DNA from: Chloroflexota bacterium
GTDB taxonomy: Bacteria; Chloroflexota; Limnocylindria; P2-11E
Direction: 5' to 3'
Assembly: GCA_005889075.1 (NCBI GenBank)
Contig: VBDQ01000018.1
Location: forward strand, 44,893 to 108,892
Length of the DNA stretch: 64,000 nt
Shown: one piece after another, positions 1-9,541 of the stretch
Position numbering within the stretch: the first letter of the stretch is position 1
Layout of the letters: each line of letters opens with the position of its first letter
Program-made: the position numbers and the translations under genes
The notes under the pieces: model-generated
The model's input: only the letters and a program-made list of their open reading frames with translations
Databases searched by the model: none
Told to the model about the DNA's origin: nothing

Positions 1-300
1 CGGCGGCCCGCTCCAGTGCTCGGTGTCGACTCTCCGCCAATGCTCGCGCTCGGATTCGCGCATCGCCATGACATACCCGTCGCGCGAAGGCCATTTCCGG
101 TCGGCGAACTGGGTGACCAGGTGGTCGTACGACGCGGCCCACTTGAGCTCCGCGCTGTTATCCCAGTCAGACCAATGCACGAGCGTGCCACCAAGATCGA
201 AGATGACCGCGCGCGGCGTCGCCACCGCGCGGAACGATAGGGAACCGCCGGAATGCGCATCCTGTGCGCCAGTGCCTGACATCTCCTGGCTGTTCATCAT
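1..300 (-). CDS. HAD-family hydrolase, N-terminal part; the gene continues past the window start
   Basis: The minus-strand frame is open from the ATG pair at 295-300 to position 1. It encodes MMNSQEMSG...RAVIFDLGGTLVHW, and IFDLGGTL is HAD motif I (DxDGT). The ORF track omits it because the gene is partial. Confidence 0.5.
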   Translation of the reverse strand, partial: MMNSQEMSGTGAQDAHSGGSLSFRAVATPRAVIFDLGGTLVHWSDWDNSAELKWAASYDHLVTQFADRKWPSRDGYVMAMRESEREHWRRVDTEHWSGPP

Positions 301-370
301 CGCGAGGTCTACGAGCTCATGGACCTGTTTCCGCACGCCAGCCGATTCGCGCTAGCTGACCGGTCTCGCG

Positions 371-751
371 TTATCCGCGGTCGCGCAGCAGGTCCGTGCG
401 GATGCGCTCGTATTCCTCGCGCTGGATCTCACCGGCCGCGTAGCGGCGCTGCAGGATCGCGAGGGCATCGCCGCGGGCGGGGGAGCTCCTCTGGCCGCGG
501 ACGGCCCAGACCAGGAGCGCCAGAAGAGCGACGGGCACCAGCGCGAACAGCAGCATCATCCCGCCACCCGCACCGAACATCGGCATCCACACGCCGAACG
601 GACCGACCCCGCGCATCGTGCCCAGCACTCCCCACATGATCAGCATGCCCACGGCGGGGACGGCGAAGAGCGCGAGGACGGCGACCGCCGCCACCGTTAG
701 CAGCGTTCGAGTCGTGTCGCGCTCGTTCTGCGCGTGTCCGTCTCGATCCAT
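371..751 (-). CDS. SHOCT-domain small membrane protein
   Basis: Internal ATG at 749-751 of ORF 371..1774(-) gives 126 aa. It has two TM helices and a C-terminal SHOCT-like motif ILQRRYAAGEIQREEYERIRTDLL. The N-terminal remainder of the long ORF is Arg-rich junk. Confidence 0.65.
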   Translation of the reverse strand: MDRDGHAQNERDTTRTLLTVAAVAVLALFAVPAVGMLIMWGVLGTMRGVGPFGVWMPMFGAGGGMMLLFALVPVALLALLVWAVRGQRSSPARGDALAILQRRYAAGEIQREEYERIRTDLLRDRG

Positions 752-789
752 GAGCGCCTCCGATCGCTCCAGTCTGCGCCCGAGTCCTA

Positions 790-1953
790 CTAAGCGCCGT
801 GCCGATCGAGCGTCGTCGGCATGGCGTCCATCATGCGGACCATAGCGAATCCGCCGGTCCTGGCGGCCCGCCAGACAAGAACGATGGCCAGCCCAAGCAG
901 GAGCACATTCAAGACTGTCGTGTAATTGAATGTGATCTCGGGCGCGGCGACCAGCGCCGCGCGGGTCGTCGGGATGAGCCCGAGTGCGCCGAAGCACACC
1001 TCGACCGCGAAGCCCGCGAGGGCCATCGCCGCGTAGAACGTCGCGAAGAGAAAAAGGCTGACGCGCCCGCCGTAGTACTTGCGGTAGATGTTGAGGATCG
1101 GGATGACGATGAGGTCGGCGAAGATGAACGCGACCACGCCGCCGAAGCTGATGCCGCCGTTCCAGAGCACCGCCGCGAGCGGGACGTTGCCAATCGAGCA
1201 CACGAAGCTGACGACGGAAACCAGGGGCCCAACTAACGGCCCCCAGATCGCGGCGAGCGTCGGATCGCGCGTGACGAAGAACGCCTGCCACGATTCCTTC
1301 GGCACCCACGACCCGAGCGCGCCGGCAAGGACGAGTCCGCCGACGACGTCCTTCCAGATCGACGCCCAGTCCATCAGGAAGTAGTGCGAGATCGCGGTGA
1401 ACCCGCGCGCCGAGAAGATCCGCTCCCACAGTCTCCCTTCGGTGACTGACATGTCCATTTGGGCGTGGCCTTCCATCGAGCCCTTGAGGCCGCGCTCGGC
1501 CTGGCTGCGCGCGGCGGCGACGAGCCGAGGCGTGAGGAAGATGCGGAAGAGCGCGACGAGAATCGCGATCATGAGCGGTCCGCCGGCGAATTCGGCGACC
1601 GTGAATTGCCAGCCGAGCAGGATCCACATGATGATGCCGAGCTCGATGACCAGGTTCGTCGAGGCGAACTGGAACGCCATCGCCGCGGTGAAGTTCGCAC
1701 CCTTCTGAACGATGGAGCGCGCGATCGCGACCGCGGCGTACGAGCACGACGAGGAGGCCGCACCGAGCCCGCATGCGAGCGCGATCGTCCGCGGCGAGTC
1801 GTCGGGCAGGAGGCGACTCATCTCTGATTTCGAGACGACCGCCTGCACGACGGCCGAGATCGCGAATCCGAGAATGAGCGCCCAGCCGATCTCCCAGGTC
1901 ATCGCGGCCGCGAGCCCGAATGCGTCCGCGACGGCTTTTACGACATCGGGCAT
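790..1953 (-). CDS. DUF318/YraQ (UPF0718) family permease
   Basis: Polytopic membrane protein with the CGLGAASSSCSYAAVAIARSI Cys pair typical of the putative two-component permease family. Confidence 0.85.
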   Translation of the reverse strand: MPDVVKAVADAFGLAAAMTWEIGWALILGFAISAVVQAVVSKSEMSRLLPDDSPRTIALACGLGAASSSCSYAAVAIARSIVQKGANFTAAMAFQFASTNLVIELGIIMWILLGWQFTVAEFAGGPLMIAILVALFRIFLTPRLVAAARSQAERGLKGSMEGHAQMDMSVTEGRLWERIFSARGFTAISHYFLMDWASIWKDVVGGLVLAGALGSWVPKESWQAFFVTRDPTLAAIWGPLVGPLVSVVSFVCSIGNVPLAAVLWNGGISFGGVVAFIFADLIVIPILNIYRKYYGGRVSLFLFATFYAAMALAGFAVEVCFGALGLIPTTRAALVAAPEITFNYTTVLNVLLLGLAIVLVWRAARTGGFAMVRMMDAMPTTLDRHGA

Positions 1954-2289
1954 GTCACAAGCCTTCGCGCGACCGATCGCCTCGATGGGCGCGCGTGCAC
2001 TGACTTCCTAGACCACCGCTGGTGCCTGACCGAGGCGCTCGTCCTCCCTCAGCATCGCCAGGGCGGCCGGGATGGCCCCGCCGATCCGAGAGTGACATCC
2101 CGAGGTAGCCGAGCGGCAGGAAGAATGAGGCCGCGACCGCGCCGATGAGGTGCAGCACGTTGCCGGTCGAGCCGGCGTCGGCGCTCGCCGCGATCGGATC
2201 ACGGAGATTCCCGGGCCACGCGACGAGGTAGAGCGTGATGCTCACCGGCGCCAGGACGATGCACGCGGCGAGCAGCCGGCGCTGCAGCT

Positions 2290-4269
2290 TCAGCTGGTCG
2301 CCTTCCGAATGCGCTCTGCGGTTATCGGCAGCTCGCGAATGCGCGCGCCACACGCGGCGTAGACGGCGTTCGCGATCGCCGCCGCCACCGGCACCGCGCC
2401 CGGCTCGCCGACGCCGGTCGGCTCCTTGCTCGCGTCGCCTTCGACCAGGACCTCGAGCGATCGCGGCGCGTCGCGGAAGGTCGCGATCGGATACTGATCC
2501 CAGCTCGTGGTCATCACGCGGCCGTCCTTGTGTCGCAGCTCCTCGAGCAGCGTCCACGATGCCGACTGCTGGATCCCGCCCTCGATCTGATTGCGGACAC
2601 CGTCCGGATTGAGCGTCTCGCCGGGGTCGACGACGCACCAGAAGCCGCGCAGCGACACGCGACCGGACGCGTCGAGCGCGACCTCCGCGACCTGCCCGAC
2701 GTACGTGCCGTGATAGATCGTGCAGGCGAGGCCCCGACCGCGTCGCTCGCCGAGGGGCGTGCCCCAGCCGCTTCGCTCGGCGACCCGCTCGATCACGTTG
2801 CGCAGGCGCGGGTCGTCGACATGGGCGAGGCGGAACGCGAGCGGGTCCTGCTTCTTCACCACTGCGAGCTCGTCCATGAACGACTCGATCGCGAACACGT
2901 TCTCCGCCGCAGCGAGCGAGCGGAAGTTAGCCGTGCGCAGCCGCGTCTGCTCGATATGCAGTGTCACCTTCGCCGGGAAACCGGCATATGGCGGGATCGC
3001 GTTCCGTCCGGACGTACCTCCCAGCACCTGCGGATCGAGCCCCGCCGCGGCGTGCACGTTGGTGTGCTCGTCGTAGCGCCAGGCCGCGATGCGGCCGTTC
3101 GCGCCGAGTCCCGCCGTCACCTCGAGGACCGCCTCCGGCCGCGACGGCGACCACACAAACTCCTCTTCGCGCGTCCACTGGAGGAGCACCGGCCGGCCCG
3201 CGGCTTTGGAGAGGATCGCCGCCTCGATCGCGGCGTCGCCGTGAGTGTTGCGGCCGTACGTCCCGCTCGTGATCTGCGGGATCACGCGGACTTTTCGCTC
3301 GTCGATCCCGATCGCCTTCGCGATCTGCTCTCGCACCCCGAAGGGCCGATGCGTCCCCACGTAGACCGTCGCGCCGTCGGCGCGCACGTCGGCGACGGCG
3401 GCGCTCGGTCCGATCGGCGCGTTCGCGATCGCCGGGAGGACGTACGTGCGGTCGACGGTCTTCGCGGCCTGCCGCAGCTTCGCCTCTACGCCGGTGTCGT
3501 CGCGCATGACGACGTCCGTGCTCGGGCCTTCGACCGGCACCGCGTCCCACTCCACAAGCACGGAGCCGGCTGCCGCGCGCGCGTGCTCTTCACGCTCGGC
3601 AACGACCCCGACGACGTCGCCTGAGCGCACGACCTTGACGCCGGGCATGTCGCGCACGCGCGAATCGTCCAGGGAGCGCACCTTCGCGCCGCGTTGCGGT
3701 GGCCGAACGATCGCGCCGCGCAGCATCCCCGGCAAGCGCACGTCGGCCACGTACGTCGCGCGCCCGGTGACGATGTCGCGCGCCTCCAGACGCGGCATCG
3801 GCTTGCCGGAGTAGTGCCGCCGCGCGTTCGGCATGAGGGGCACGTCGTCGGGGACCGTCCCGGTGAGCGGCGTCCCATCGAGCAGCTCGGCGTAGCCGAC
3901 GCGGCGCGTCCCATCGGTGACCGTGCCCTCCGCGGTGTCGAGGCGGTCCGGGCTCACACCGAGCCGTTTGCCCGCGCGCTCGATGAGCTGCCGCCGTGCG
4001 AAGGCGGCCGCCTTTCGCAGCAGCGGCGTCTCCTGTGCGACCGAATGGCTGCCGAACGTGCCGAAGTCGAAGGGGACCTGTGCCGTGTCGCCGAGGACCA
4101 CGTTCACGCGCTCGATGGGCACGTCGAGCTCGTCGGCGACGAGCTGGGCGAACGCGGTCCGGATGCCCTGGCCGAAGTCGATCTTCCCGGAGAGCGCGGT
4201 GACCGTCCCGTCGCGCTCGATGCGGATGCGTCGCTCGAGCTTCTCGGGCTCGCGGTGCTCCCAGGCCAT
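2290..4269 (-). CDS. Xanthine dehydrogenase-family molybdopterin-binding subunit (aldehyde oxidoreductase / isoquinoline oxidoreductase beta-like large subunit)
   Basis: 659 aa with Mo-hydroxylase large-subunit similarity throughout, for example the GTYGRNTHGD and GVGEPG regions. Its ATG is directly adjacent to the stop of the 2Fe-2S subunit gene. Confidence 0.9.
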   Translation of the reverse strand: MAWEHREPEKLERRIRIERDGTVTALSGKIDFGQGIRTAFAQLVADELDVPIERVNVVLGDTAQVPFDFGTFGSHSVAQETPLLRKAAAFARRQLIERAGKRLGVSPDRLDTAEGTVTDGTRRVGYAELLDGTPLTGTVPDDVPLMPNARRHYSGKPMPRLEARDIVTGRATYVADVRLPGMLRGAIVRPPQRGAKVRSLDDSRVRDMPGVKVVRSGDVVGVVAEREEHARAAAGSVLVEWDAVPVEGPSTDVVMRDDTGVEAKLRQAAKTVDRTYVLPAIANAPIGPSAAVADVRADGATVYVGTHRPFGVREQIAKAIGIDERKVRVIPQITSGTYGRNTHGDAAIEAAILSKAAGRPVLLQWTREEEFVWSPSRPEAVLEVTAGLGANGRIAAWRYDEHTNVHAAAGLDPQVLGGTSGRNAIPPYAGFPAKVTLHIEQTRLRTANFRSLAAAENVFAIESFMDELAVVKKQDPLAFRLAHVDDPRLRNVIERVAERSGWGTPLGERRGRGLACTIYHGTYVGQVAEVALDASGRVSLRGFWCVVDPGETLNPDGVRNQIEGGIQQSASWTLLEELRHKDGRVMTTSWDQYPIATFRDAPRSLEVLVEGDASKEPTGVGEPGAVPVAAAIANAVYAACGARIRELPITAERIRKATS

Positions 4270-4725
4270 CTAGTGTCTCGCCGCCTTCGCGACCGCTCGG
4301 ATGACCCGCGCGTACACGCCGCAGCGGCAGAGGTTCGCAGCCAACGCGTCACGGATCGTGTCCTCATCCGGCGCGGGATCGCTGGCGAGCAGGGCGGTGG
4401 CGGAGATGAGCATGCCGCTGGTGCAGTAGCCGCACTGCATCGCGTCCTCCTCGACGAAGGCGCGCTGGAGAGGGCTCAACTCAGCGCCATTCGCGAGGCC
4501 CTCGACCGTCGTGATCTCTTGGCGAGCGGCCTGATCGACGGTCAGCAGGCACGACGCGACCACCCTGCCACCGGCAATCACGAAGCACGCGCCGCACTGC
4601 CCGCGGCCGCAGCCGTAACGCGTCCCGGTGAGCCCCAGGTCGTCGCGCAGCACCGATAGCAGAGAAGCGCTCGGCGCGACGTCGACCTCGTGCCGCTCGC
4701 CGTTGACCGTCAGGGTCTGCTTCAC
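4270..4725 (-). CDS. (2Fe-2S)-binding small subunit of the aldehyde oxidoreductase
   Basis: GTG start giving VKQTLTVNGE... Ferredoxin-like Cys cluster CGRGQCGAC and a second cluster QCGYCTSG...CRCG. The start overlaps the hutH-like stop (GTGA). Confidence 0.85.
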   Translation of the reverse strand: MKQTLTVNGERHEVDVAPSASLLSVLRDDLGLTGTRYGCGRGQCGACFVIAGGRVVASCLLTVDQAARQEITTVEGLANGAELSPLQRAFVEEDAMQCGYCTSGMLISATALLASDPAPDEDTIRDALAANLCRCGVYARVIRAVAKAARH

Positions 4726-6197
4726 GTGAGCTCGCTGATACGCACGCGGACCGCCGAGACGAGCAGCTCGTTCGCGATCGCGTCGCTCATCGCGGCGATA
4801 TCCGGCGCGAGAGAACGATCTTCGTCGACGCGCGCCGAGCGCTCGCGTACGACGCGTCGCGCCTCCTCGACGCCAGGCCCGGTCTCCGCGTCGAGGAGGT
4901 CGAGACCCTGCGCGGCGCACAGCGCCTCGATCGCGAGCACGTCACGCGTGTTCCTCACGACCGCTGCGAGCTTGTGGGCGGCGTGGACGCCCATGCTGAC
5001 ATGGTCCTCCATCCCGGCCGAGGTCGGCAGCGACTCCACCGCGGCGGGGAACGACCGCATGCGGTTCTCCGTGACGAGCGCAGCGGCCGTGTACTGGGTG
5101 ACCATGAATCCCGAGTTCGTGCCGGCCGCGGTCGTCAGGAACGGGGGCAACCCGCTCGTGTGTCCGTTCGTCATGCGGTCGATCCGGGCCTCGCTGATGT
5201 CGGCGAGCTCGGCGACCGCGATGGTGGCGAGGTCGAGCGCGATCGCGACCGGTTCTCCGTGGAAGTTGCCGCCCGAGACGACGCGATGGTCCTCCGCGAA
5301 GACGATGGGATTGTCGGTGACCGCGTTGATCTCGATCTCGAGGACTCTTCGCGTATAGGCGAGCGCGTCGCGCGCGGCGCCGTGGACCTGCGGCATGCAG
5401 CGCACCGAGTACGGGTCCTGGACCCGCGGATCCCCGACCCGGTGCGAGGCGACGTTCGGGCTACCGGCCATCAGCGAGCGGAGGTTCGCGGCGACGGCCT
5501 GCTGCCCGGGATGCGGCCTCGTGGCGTGCAGGTCCGGATCCCAGGCGCGGTCGGTCGCGCGGAGCGCCTCGGCGGACATGGCCCCGATGACGTCTGCCGT
5601 CGTCGCCAGCACCTCGGCGTCGTGGAGCGCGAGGCAACCGATCGCCGTCATCACCTGCGTTCCGTTTATCAACGAGACGCCCTCCTTTGGGGCGAGCTCG
5701 ATCGGCTTGAGTCCAGCCGCCTTCAGCGCAGCCGCCCCGCTCGCACGTTCGAGCGTCTCTCCCTCGCCGATGAGCACCAGCGCCGCATGCGCGAGCGGTG
5801 CGAGGTCGCCCGACGCACCGACGCTGCCGTGCTTCGGGATGACCGGATGCACACGGCGGTTGAGCATGTCGCAAAGCAGATCGATGACCTCAGCCCGCAC
5901 CCCGGAGCGCCCCGCGGCGAGCGTGTTCGCGCGCAGGAGCAGGATCGCCCGCACCACGTCCTCGGGCAGCGGCAGACCGACGCCGACCGCATGGGAGCGC
6001 AGCAGGTTGCGCTGAAGGACGCGCAGCTCATCGTGCGGGATCCGCACCGTCGCAAGGTCACCGAATCCCGTGTTCACCCCGTAGACGGGCTCATCCGCAT
6101 CCGCCATCTGCCCGACGACCTTCGCTGCCTGCTGGACCTGACGCTCGGCCGCGCGATCCAGACCGACCGCGACGTCACGGCGCGCGACCGCGACCAC
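4722..6197 (-). CDS. hutH: Histidine ammonia-lyase family (MIO-dependent aromatic amino acid ammonia-lyase)
   Basis: GSVGASGDLAPLAH MIO motif and NTGFG motif. The canonical GTG is at 6195-6197, but in-frame N-terminal homology (IATLRLTGHDLSIADV) continues upstream to about 6263 with no ATG/GTG/TTG (see findings). Confidence 0.85.
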   Translation of the reverse strand: MVAVARRDVAVGLDRAAERQVQQAAKVVGQMADADEPVYGVNTGFGDLATVRIPHDELRVLQRNLLRSHAVGVGLPLPEDVVRAILLLRANTLAAGRSGVRAEVIDLLCDMLNRRVHPVIPKHGSVGASGDLAPLAHAALVLIGEGETLERASGAAALKAAGLKPIELAPKEGVSLINGTQVMTAIGCLALHDAEVLATTADVIGAMSAEALRATDRAWDPDLHATRPHPGQQAVAANLRSLMAGSPNVASHRVGDPRVQDPYSVRCMPQVHGAARDALAYTRRVLEIEINAVTDNPIVFAEDHRVVSGGNFHGEPVAIALDLATIAVAELADISEARIDRMTNGHTSGLPPFLTTAAGTNSGFMVTQYTAAALVTENRMRSFPAAVESLPTSAGMEDHVSMGVHAAHKLAAVVRNTRDVLAIEALCAAQGLDLLDAETGPGVEEARRVVRERSARVDEDRSLAPDIAAMSDAIANELLVSAVRVRISELT

Positions 6198-6238
6198 GTC
6201 GGCGATCGAGAGGTCATGTCCGGTAAGGCGGAGGGTCG

Positions 6239-6754
6239 CTATCTCAGGTTCTCGCGATACCAGCGTGCGAGGTCGGTGTAATGCTCGGCCGCTCGAACGG
6301 TCCAGCGCGCGTCCTCCGGCCGCGCCTCGCGGACGACCTTCGCCGGTACGCCGAGCACGAGCGACCGCGCCGGTGGGGAAAAGCGCTCCGTCAGGACGGC
6401 CCCGGCCCCGACGATCGTCTCCTCGCCGATCACGTTGCCGCCCACCAGGACCGCCGCCTGCCCGATGAGGGCGTTCCTGGCGATGACGCTCGAGTGCACC
6501 AGCGCGTTGTGTCCGATGGTGACGTCAGGGCCGACGAGCGTGGGCTCGCCCTCGTCGGTGTGGATCGTCGAGTTGTCCTGCACGTTCGAACGCGAGCCGA
6601 TGACGATGCGATCCATGTCACCGCGCAGCACGGTCCCGAACCACACGGAAGCGCCGCTCTCGACGGTCACATCGCCGATGAGGACGGCGGTGGGAGCGAC
6701 GAACGCGTCCGGTGCGACCTTCGGCGTCTTGCCCCGGTAGCCGTAAAGCGGCAC
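6239..6754 (-). CDS. Gamma-class carbonic anhydrase / hexapeptide-repeat (YrdA/PaaY-like) protein
   Basis: GTG at 6752-6754 gives VPLYGYRGKTPKV...IGDV, followed by left-handed beta-helix hexapeptide repeats. The upstream part of ORF 6239..7282 is junk. Confidence 0.75.
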   Translation of the reverse strand: MPLYGYRGKTPKVAPDAFVAPTAVLIGDVTVESGASVWFGTVLRGDMDRIVIGSRSNVQDNSTIHTDEGEPTLVGPDVTIGHNALVHSSVIARNALIGQAAVLVGGNVIGEETIVGAGAVLTERFSPPARSLVLGVPAKVVREARPEDARWTVRAAEHYTDLARWYRENLR

Positions 6755-6766
6755 GTCGTGAAGAAT

Positions 6767-7891
6767 ATGCCGATGAGAACGCGCGACCTTCGCGTCACCG
6801 GATACCGGCCGCTCGTGCCGCCGGCCATCCTGCTTGAAGAGCTTCCGCTTTCGGAGGAAGGCTCGCGCGCGGTCGCCCGTGCGCGTGCCGATCTGCTCGC
6901 GATCATCGATGGCGAGGACGACCGGCTCGTCGCGATCTTCGGCCCATGTTCGATCCACGATCCTGTGGCTGCACTCGACTACGCCCGTCGTCTTCGTGCG
7001 ATCGGCGACGAGCTCCGCGCGGACCTTGTCGTGGTCATGCGCGCGTACTTCATGAAGCCGCGGACCAGTGTCGGATGGAAGGGCCTCGTCTCCGATCCGC
7101 ACCGCGACGGCAGCTTTCGGATCAACGACGGCCTGCGGATGACCCGCCGGTTGCTCCTGGATCTCGTCGAGATTGGCGTCCCCGCGGCCTGCGAGTTCGT
7201 CGACCCGATCTCGCCGCAGTACACGAGCGACCTCGTCACCTGGGCGGCGATCGGCGCGCGTACGACCGAGAGCCAGGTGCACCGGGAGCTCGCCTCAGGG
7301 CTGTCGTTCCCGGTCGGGTTCAAGAACGGCACCGATGGCAACGTGCAGATCGCCATCGACGCGGTCCGCGCGGCATCACAGCCGCACAGCTTCATGGGCG
7401 TGACCGAACAGGGTCTGGCCGCGATCGTCGAGACAGGTGGCAACCCGAGCGCCCACATCGTGCTGCGTGGCGGGACGACCGGCGCGAATCACGACGCGGC
7501 CTCGGTGCAGCGCGCGCTCGCGGCGCTCGGTACGGCCTCGTGTCCGGCGCGGCTGATGATCGATCTGTCGCACGGCAACAGCGGACGCGACCATCTGCGG
7601 CAGCTGTCGATCGCGAAGGACGTCGCCGCCCAGATCGCATCCGGCGAGCGCGGGATCGTCGGCGTCATGGCCGAGAGCTTCATCGAAGACGGACGTCAGG
7701 ACAGCGAGGCTGTGCCACTCGTCTACGGGAAGAGCATCACCGACCCGTGTATCGGGTGGGACCGGAGCGTCGACGTGCTGCGATCGCTCGCCGACGCCGT
7801 GCGCGCGCGGCGTTCGACGCCAACGAGCGGTCCGACTACGCCGCCCGCCCGGTCAGCCGATAACCGAACCCGCGCGCCGTCTCGATCGTGA
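6767..7891 (+). CDS. aroG: 3-deoxy-7-phosphoheptulonate (DAHP) synthase, class I
   Basis: MPMRTRDLRV...GEDDRLVAIFGPCSIHD...KPRTS aligns to AroG over its full length. The ATG at 6767 lies 12 nt from the divergent gamma-CA start. The 3' end overlaps the convergent response regulator by about 55 nt. Confidence 0.9.
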   Translation: MPMRTRDLRVTGYRPLVPPAILLEELPLSEEGSRAVARARADLLAIIDGEDDRLVAIFGPCSIHDPVAALDYARRLRAIGDELRADLVVVMRAYFMKPRTSVGWKGLVSDPHRDGSFRINDGLRMTRRLLLDLVEIGVPAACEFVDPISPQYTSDLVTWAAIGARTTESQVHRELASGLSFPVGFKNGTDGNVQIAIDAVRAASQPHSFMGVTEQGLAAIVETGGNPSAHIVLRGGTTGANHDAASVQRALAALGTASCPARLMIDLSHGNSGRDHLRQLSIAKDVAAQIASGERGIVGVMAESFIEDGRQDSEAVPLVYGKSITDPCIGWDRSVDVLRSLADAVRARRSTPTSGPTTPPARSADNRTRAPSRS

Positions 7892-8573
7892 CCTCGCTCA
7901 CGCTGGCCTGCTCGAGCTTCTTGCGAAGCCGGCCGACGTGCACGTCGACGAGCCTCGTGTCGCTCCCTGGCTCGTAGCCCCACACCCCAACGAGCAGGTC
8001 GTCGCGGGTGAAGACGCGGCCGGGCTCGCTCGCGAGGGTGCGAAGCAGCTTGAACTCGGTGGGCGTGAGCGGAAGCTGGCGGTCGCCCGCGATCGCCTGA
8101 AGGCTGGCGAGATCGATGATGAACCGGCCGAAGCGAAGCTGGCGCTCCTTCGCATGAACGGTCCGCGAGCGGTCGCGGCGCATGAGCGCTTCGACCCGAG
8201 CGGCGAGCTCGTCGTTGTCAAAAGGCTTGCCGAGGTAGTCATCGGCACCGATGCGCAGACCCACGACGCGGTCCGGAGGGTCGTCCTTGGCCGAGAGGAA
8301 GAGCACCGGAACGTCGGAATTCCGCCGCAGCTCAAGACAGAGGCTGATGCCATCGACGCTCGGCATGAGCACGTCCAGGGTCACCAGATCGGGCTGGAAT
8401 TCGCCGAAGGCCGCCATCGCCTGCCGCGAATCGGTGATCGTCTTGACCTCGTGCCCGGCCTCGGCAAGCACCGTCGCCACGAGCTCGGCGACGTCCCGGT
8501 CGTCGTCGACGACGAGGATCCGCCCGCCGGTGACTCGCTCCCGTGTGGCTGGCGCGGCTTCTTGATCAAGCAT
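7836..8573 (-). CDS. OmpR-family two-component response regulator
   Basis: N-terminal receiver domain (VVDDD...LDVLMP) and C-terminal winged-helix trans_reg_C domain (GYRL). No histidine kinase is adjacent. Confidence 0.85.
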   Translation of the reverse strand: MLDQEAAPATRERVTGGRILVVDDDRDVAELVATVLAEAGHEVKTITDSRQAMAAFGEFQPDLVTLDVLMPSVDGISLCLELRRNSDVPVLFLSAKDDPPDRVVGLRIGADDYLGKPFDNDELAARVEALMRRDRSRTVHAKERQLRFGRFIIDLASLQAIAGDRQLPLTPTEFKLLRTLASEPGRVFTRDDLLVGVWGYEPGSDTRLVDVHVGRLRKKLEQASVSEVTIETARGFGYRLTGRAA

Positions 8574-8632
8574 GTAACAAAAGGAGCGGCATTTGCCGTG
8601 CCATTTGTGACGGAAAGCGGTTGGTTGTCAGC

Positions 8633-9517
8633 CTAGGTTAAGGCCGCGTTCACCTCTGAGAGCATGCGCGCGATCCAGTCGCCCTTGGCTCCGACCGGAT
8701 CCGGCCATGGGCTGAAAAAGAGCCGATCGGTCTCGTCCTCGATCCGCTGACGTACGCGCCTGCCCTTCTCTGTGGTGCGTATCGCCGCCCCTTCAACGAG
8801 GCCGTCATGCCGGAGGCGGTCGAGTGACGCATGAACGTCGTCTGCCGTCTGGTGCGGGAGGAGCTCTGCCAGCGCCGCCTCATCGGCAGCCTCAGCGCGC
8901 CAGGCGCGGGTCAGGATCTCGAGCTCGGGACCGCTCATGGCGGCGTCGGTCCATGCCGCCATGTGGCAGTCATCGCGGACTTGCCAAAGGCCATAGACCG
9001 CGGCGTCCAGCTGGGCGAAGGAACCCGGGCGCACTCCGTCTGCGCGATAAGCGAACGCGAACGGCGTGTGCATCCGCCGCGCGGGCTCTTTCGCACGCGA
9101 CGCGGCCACAAACGCCGCATCGAGGAGCTGCGCCAGCTCGGCGAGGTCCTTTTCGGCGATAGGCGCGAGCGTTTCGTAATGCGCTCGCGCGGCATCGTGC
9201 AGATCCTTCGCGACCGCTTTGCCCTTTGCGGTGACGCGCCACCTGCCGCCACGCTCTTCGACGAGTCCGGCGCCCCGGGCGACCGCGGCCATCGGTAGCC
9301 ACCGCTCGCGGATCGTCGCGTACGCGCTATCGAGATCGCCCGGCTCAGCCGCGCCGCCGCGTTCCCCGCGGTACGAAAGGTTGACCACCCAGACGAGCGC
9401 GGGCCGATCGATGCCGAGCTCTTCCGCTTTGGTCAGCGCGTAGGTGAGCTTCGAGCGCCGCTTGTTGAGGAACTGCGGCAGCAACGGCGGGATCGCCACC
9501 GGATACGGAGGCCGCAC
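8633..9517 (-). CDS. Hypothetical protein with winged-helix-like segments
   Basis: 294-aa ORF with non-degenerate composition. No confident family assignment. Confidence 0.45.
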   Translation of the reverse strand: MRPPYPVAIPPLLPQFLNKRRSKLTYALTKAEELGIDRPALVWVVNLSYRGERGGAAEPGDLDSAYATIRERWLPMAAVARGAGLVEERGGRWRVTAKGKAVAKDLHDAARAHYETLAPIAEKDLAELAQLLDAAFVAASRAKEPARRMHTPFAFAYRADGVRPGSFAQLDAAVYGLWQVRDDCHMAAWTDAAMSGPELEILTRAWRAEAADEAALAELLPHQTADDVHASLDRLRHDGLVEGAAIRTTEKGRRVRQRIEDETDRLFFSPWPDPVGAKGDWIARMLSEVNAALT

Positions 9518-9541
9518 GCGCGGATTGTGGCGCCCCCTTCG

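Noticed and set aside
16-355. Two plus-strand ORFs at the window start
   Set aside because: The minus strand here encodes a HAD-hydrolase N-terminus with the DxDGT motif. The plus-strand frames are Arg/Ser-rich.
2530-3624. Long plus-strand ORF (364 aa), and similar ORFs at 3694..4659, 4974..6281, 11154..12008(-), 12030..12836(-), 13071..13784(-), 13781..15277(-), 15240..16223(-), 25928..27334, 27526..28407, 28170..29018(-), 30477..31559, 38320..39741(-), 40266..41297(-), 42799..43902, 43833..44969, 52957..54321(-), 57987..59159
   Set aside because: Arg/Asp/Gly/Pro-rich compositions with no domain signatures. Each is antisense to or out of frame with a gene that has clear family motifs. These are typical spurious open frames of 70% GC DNA.
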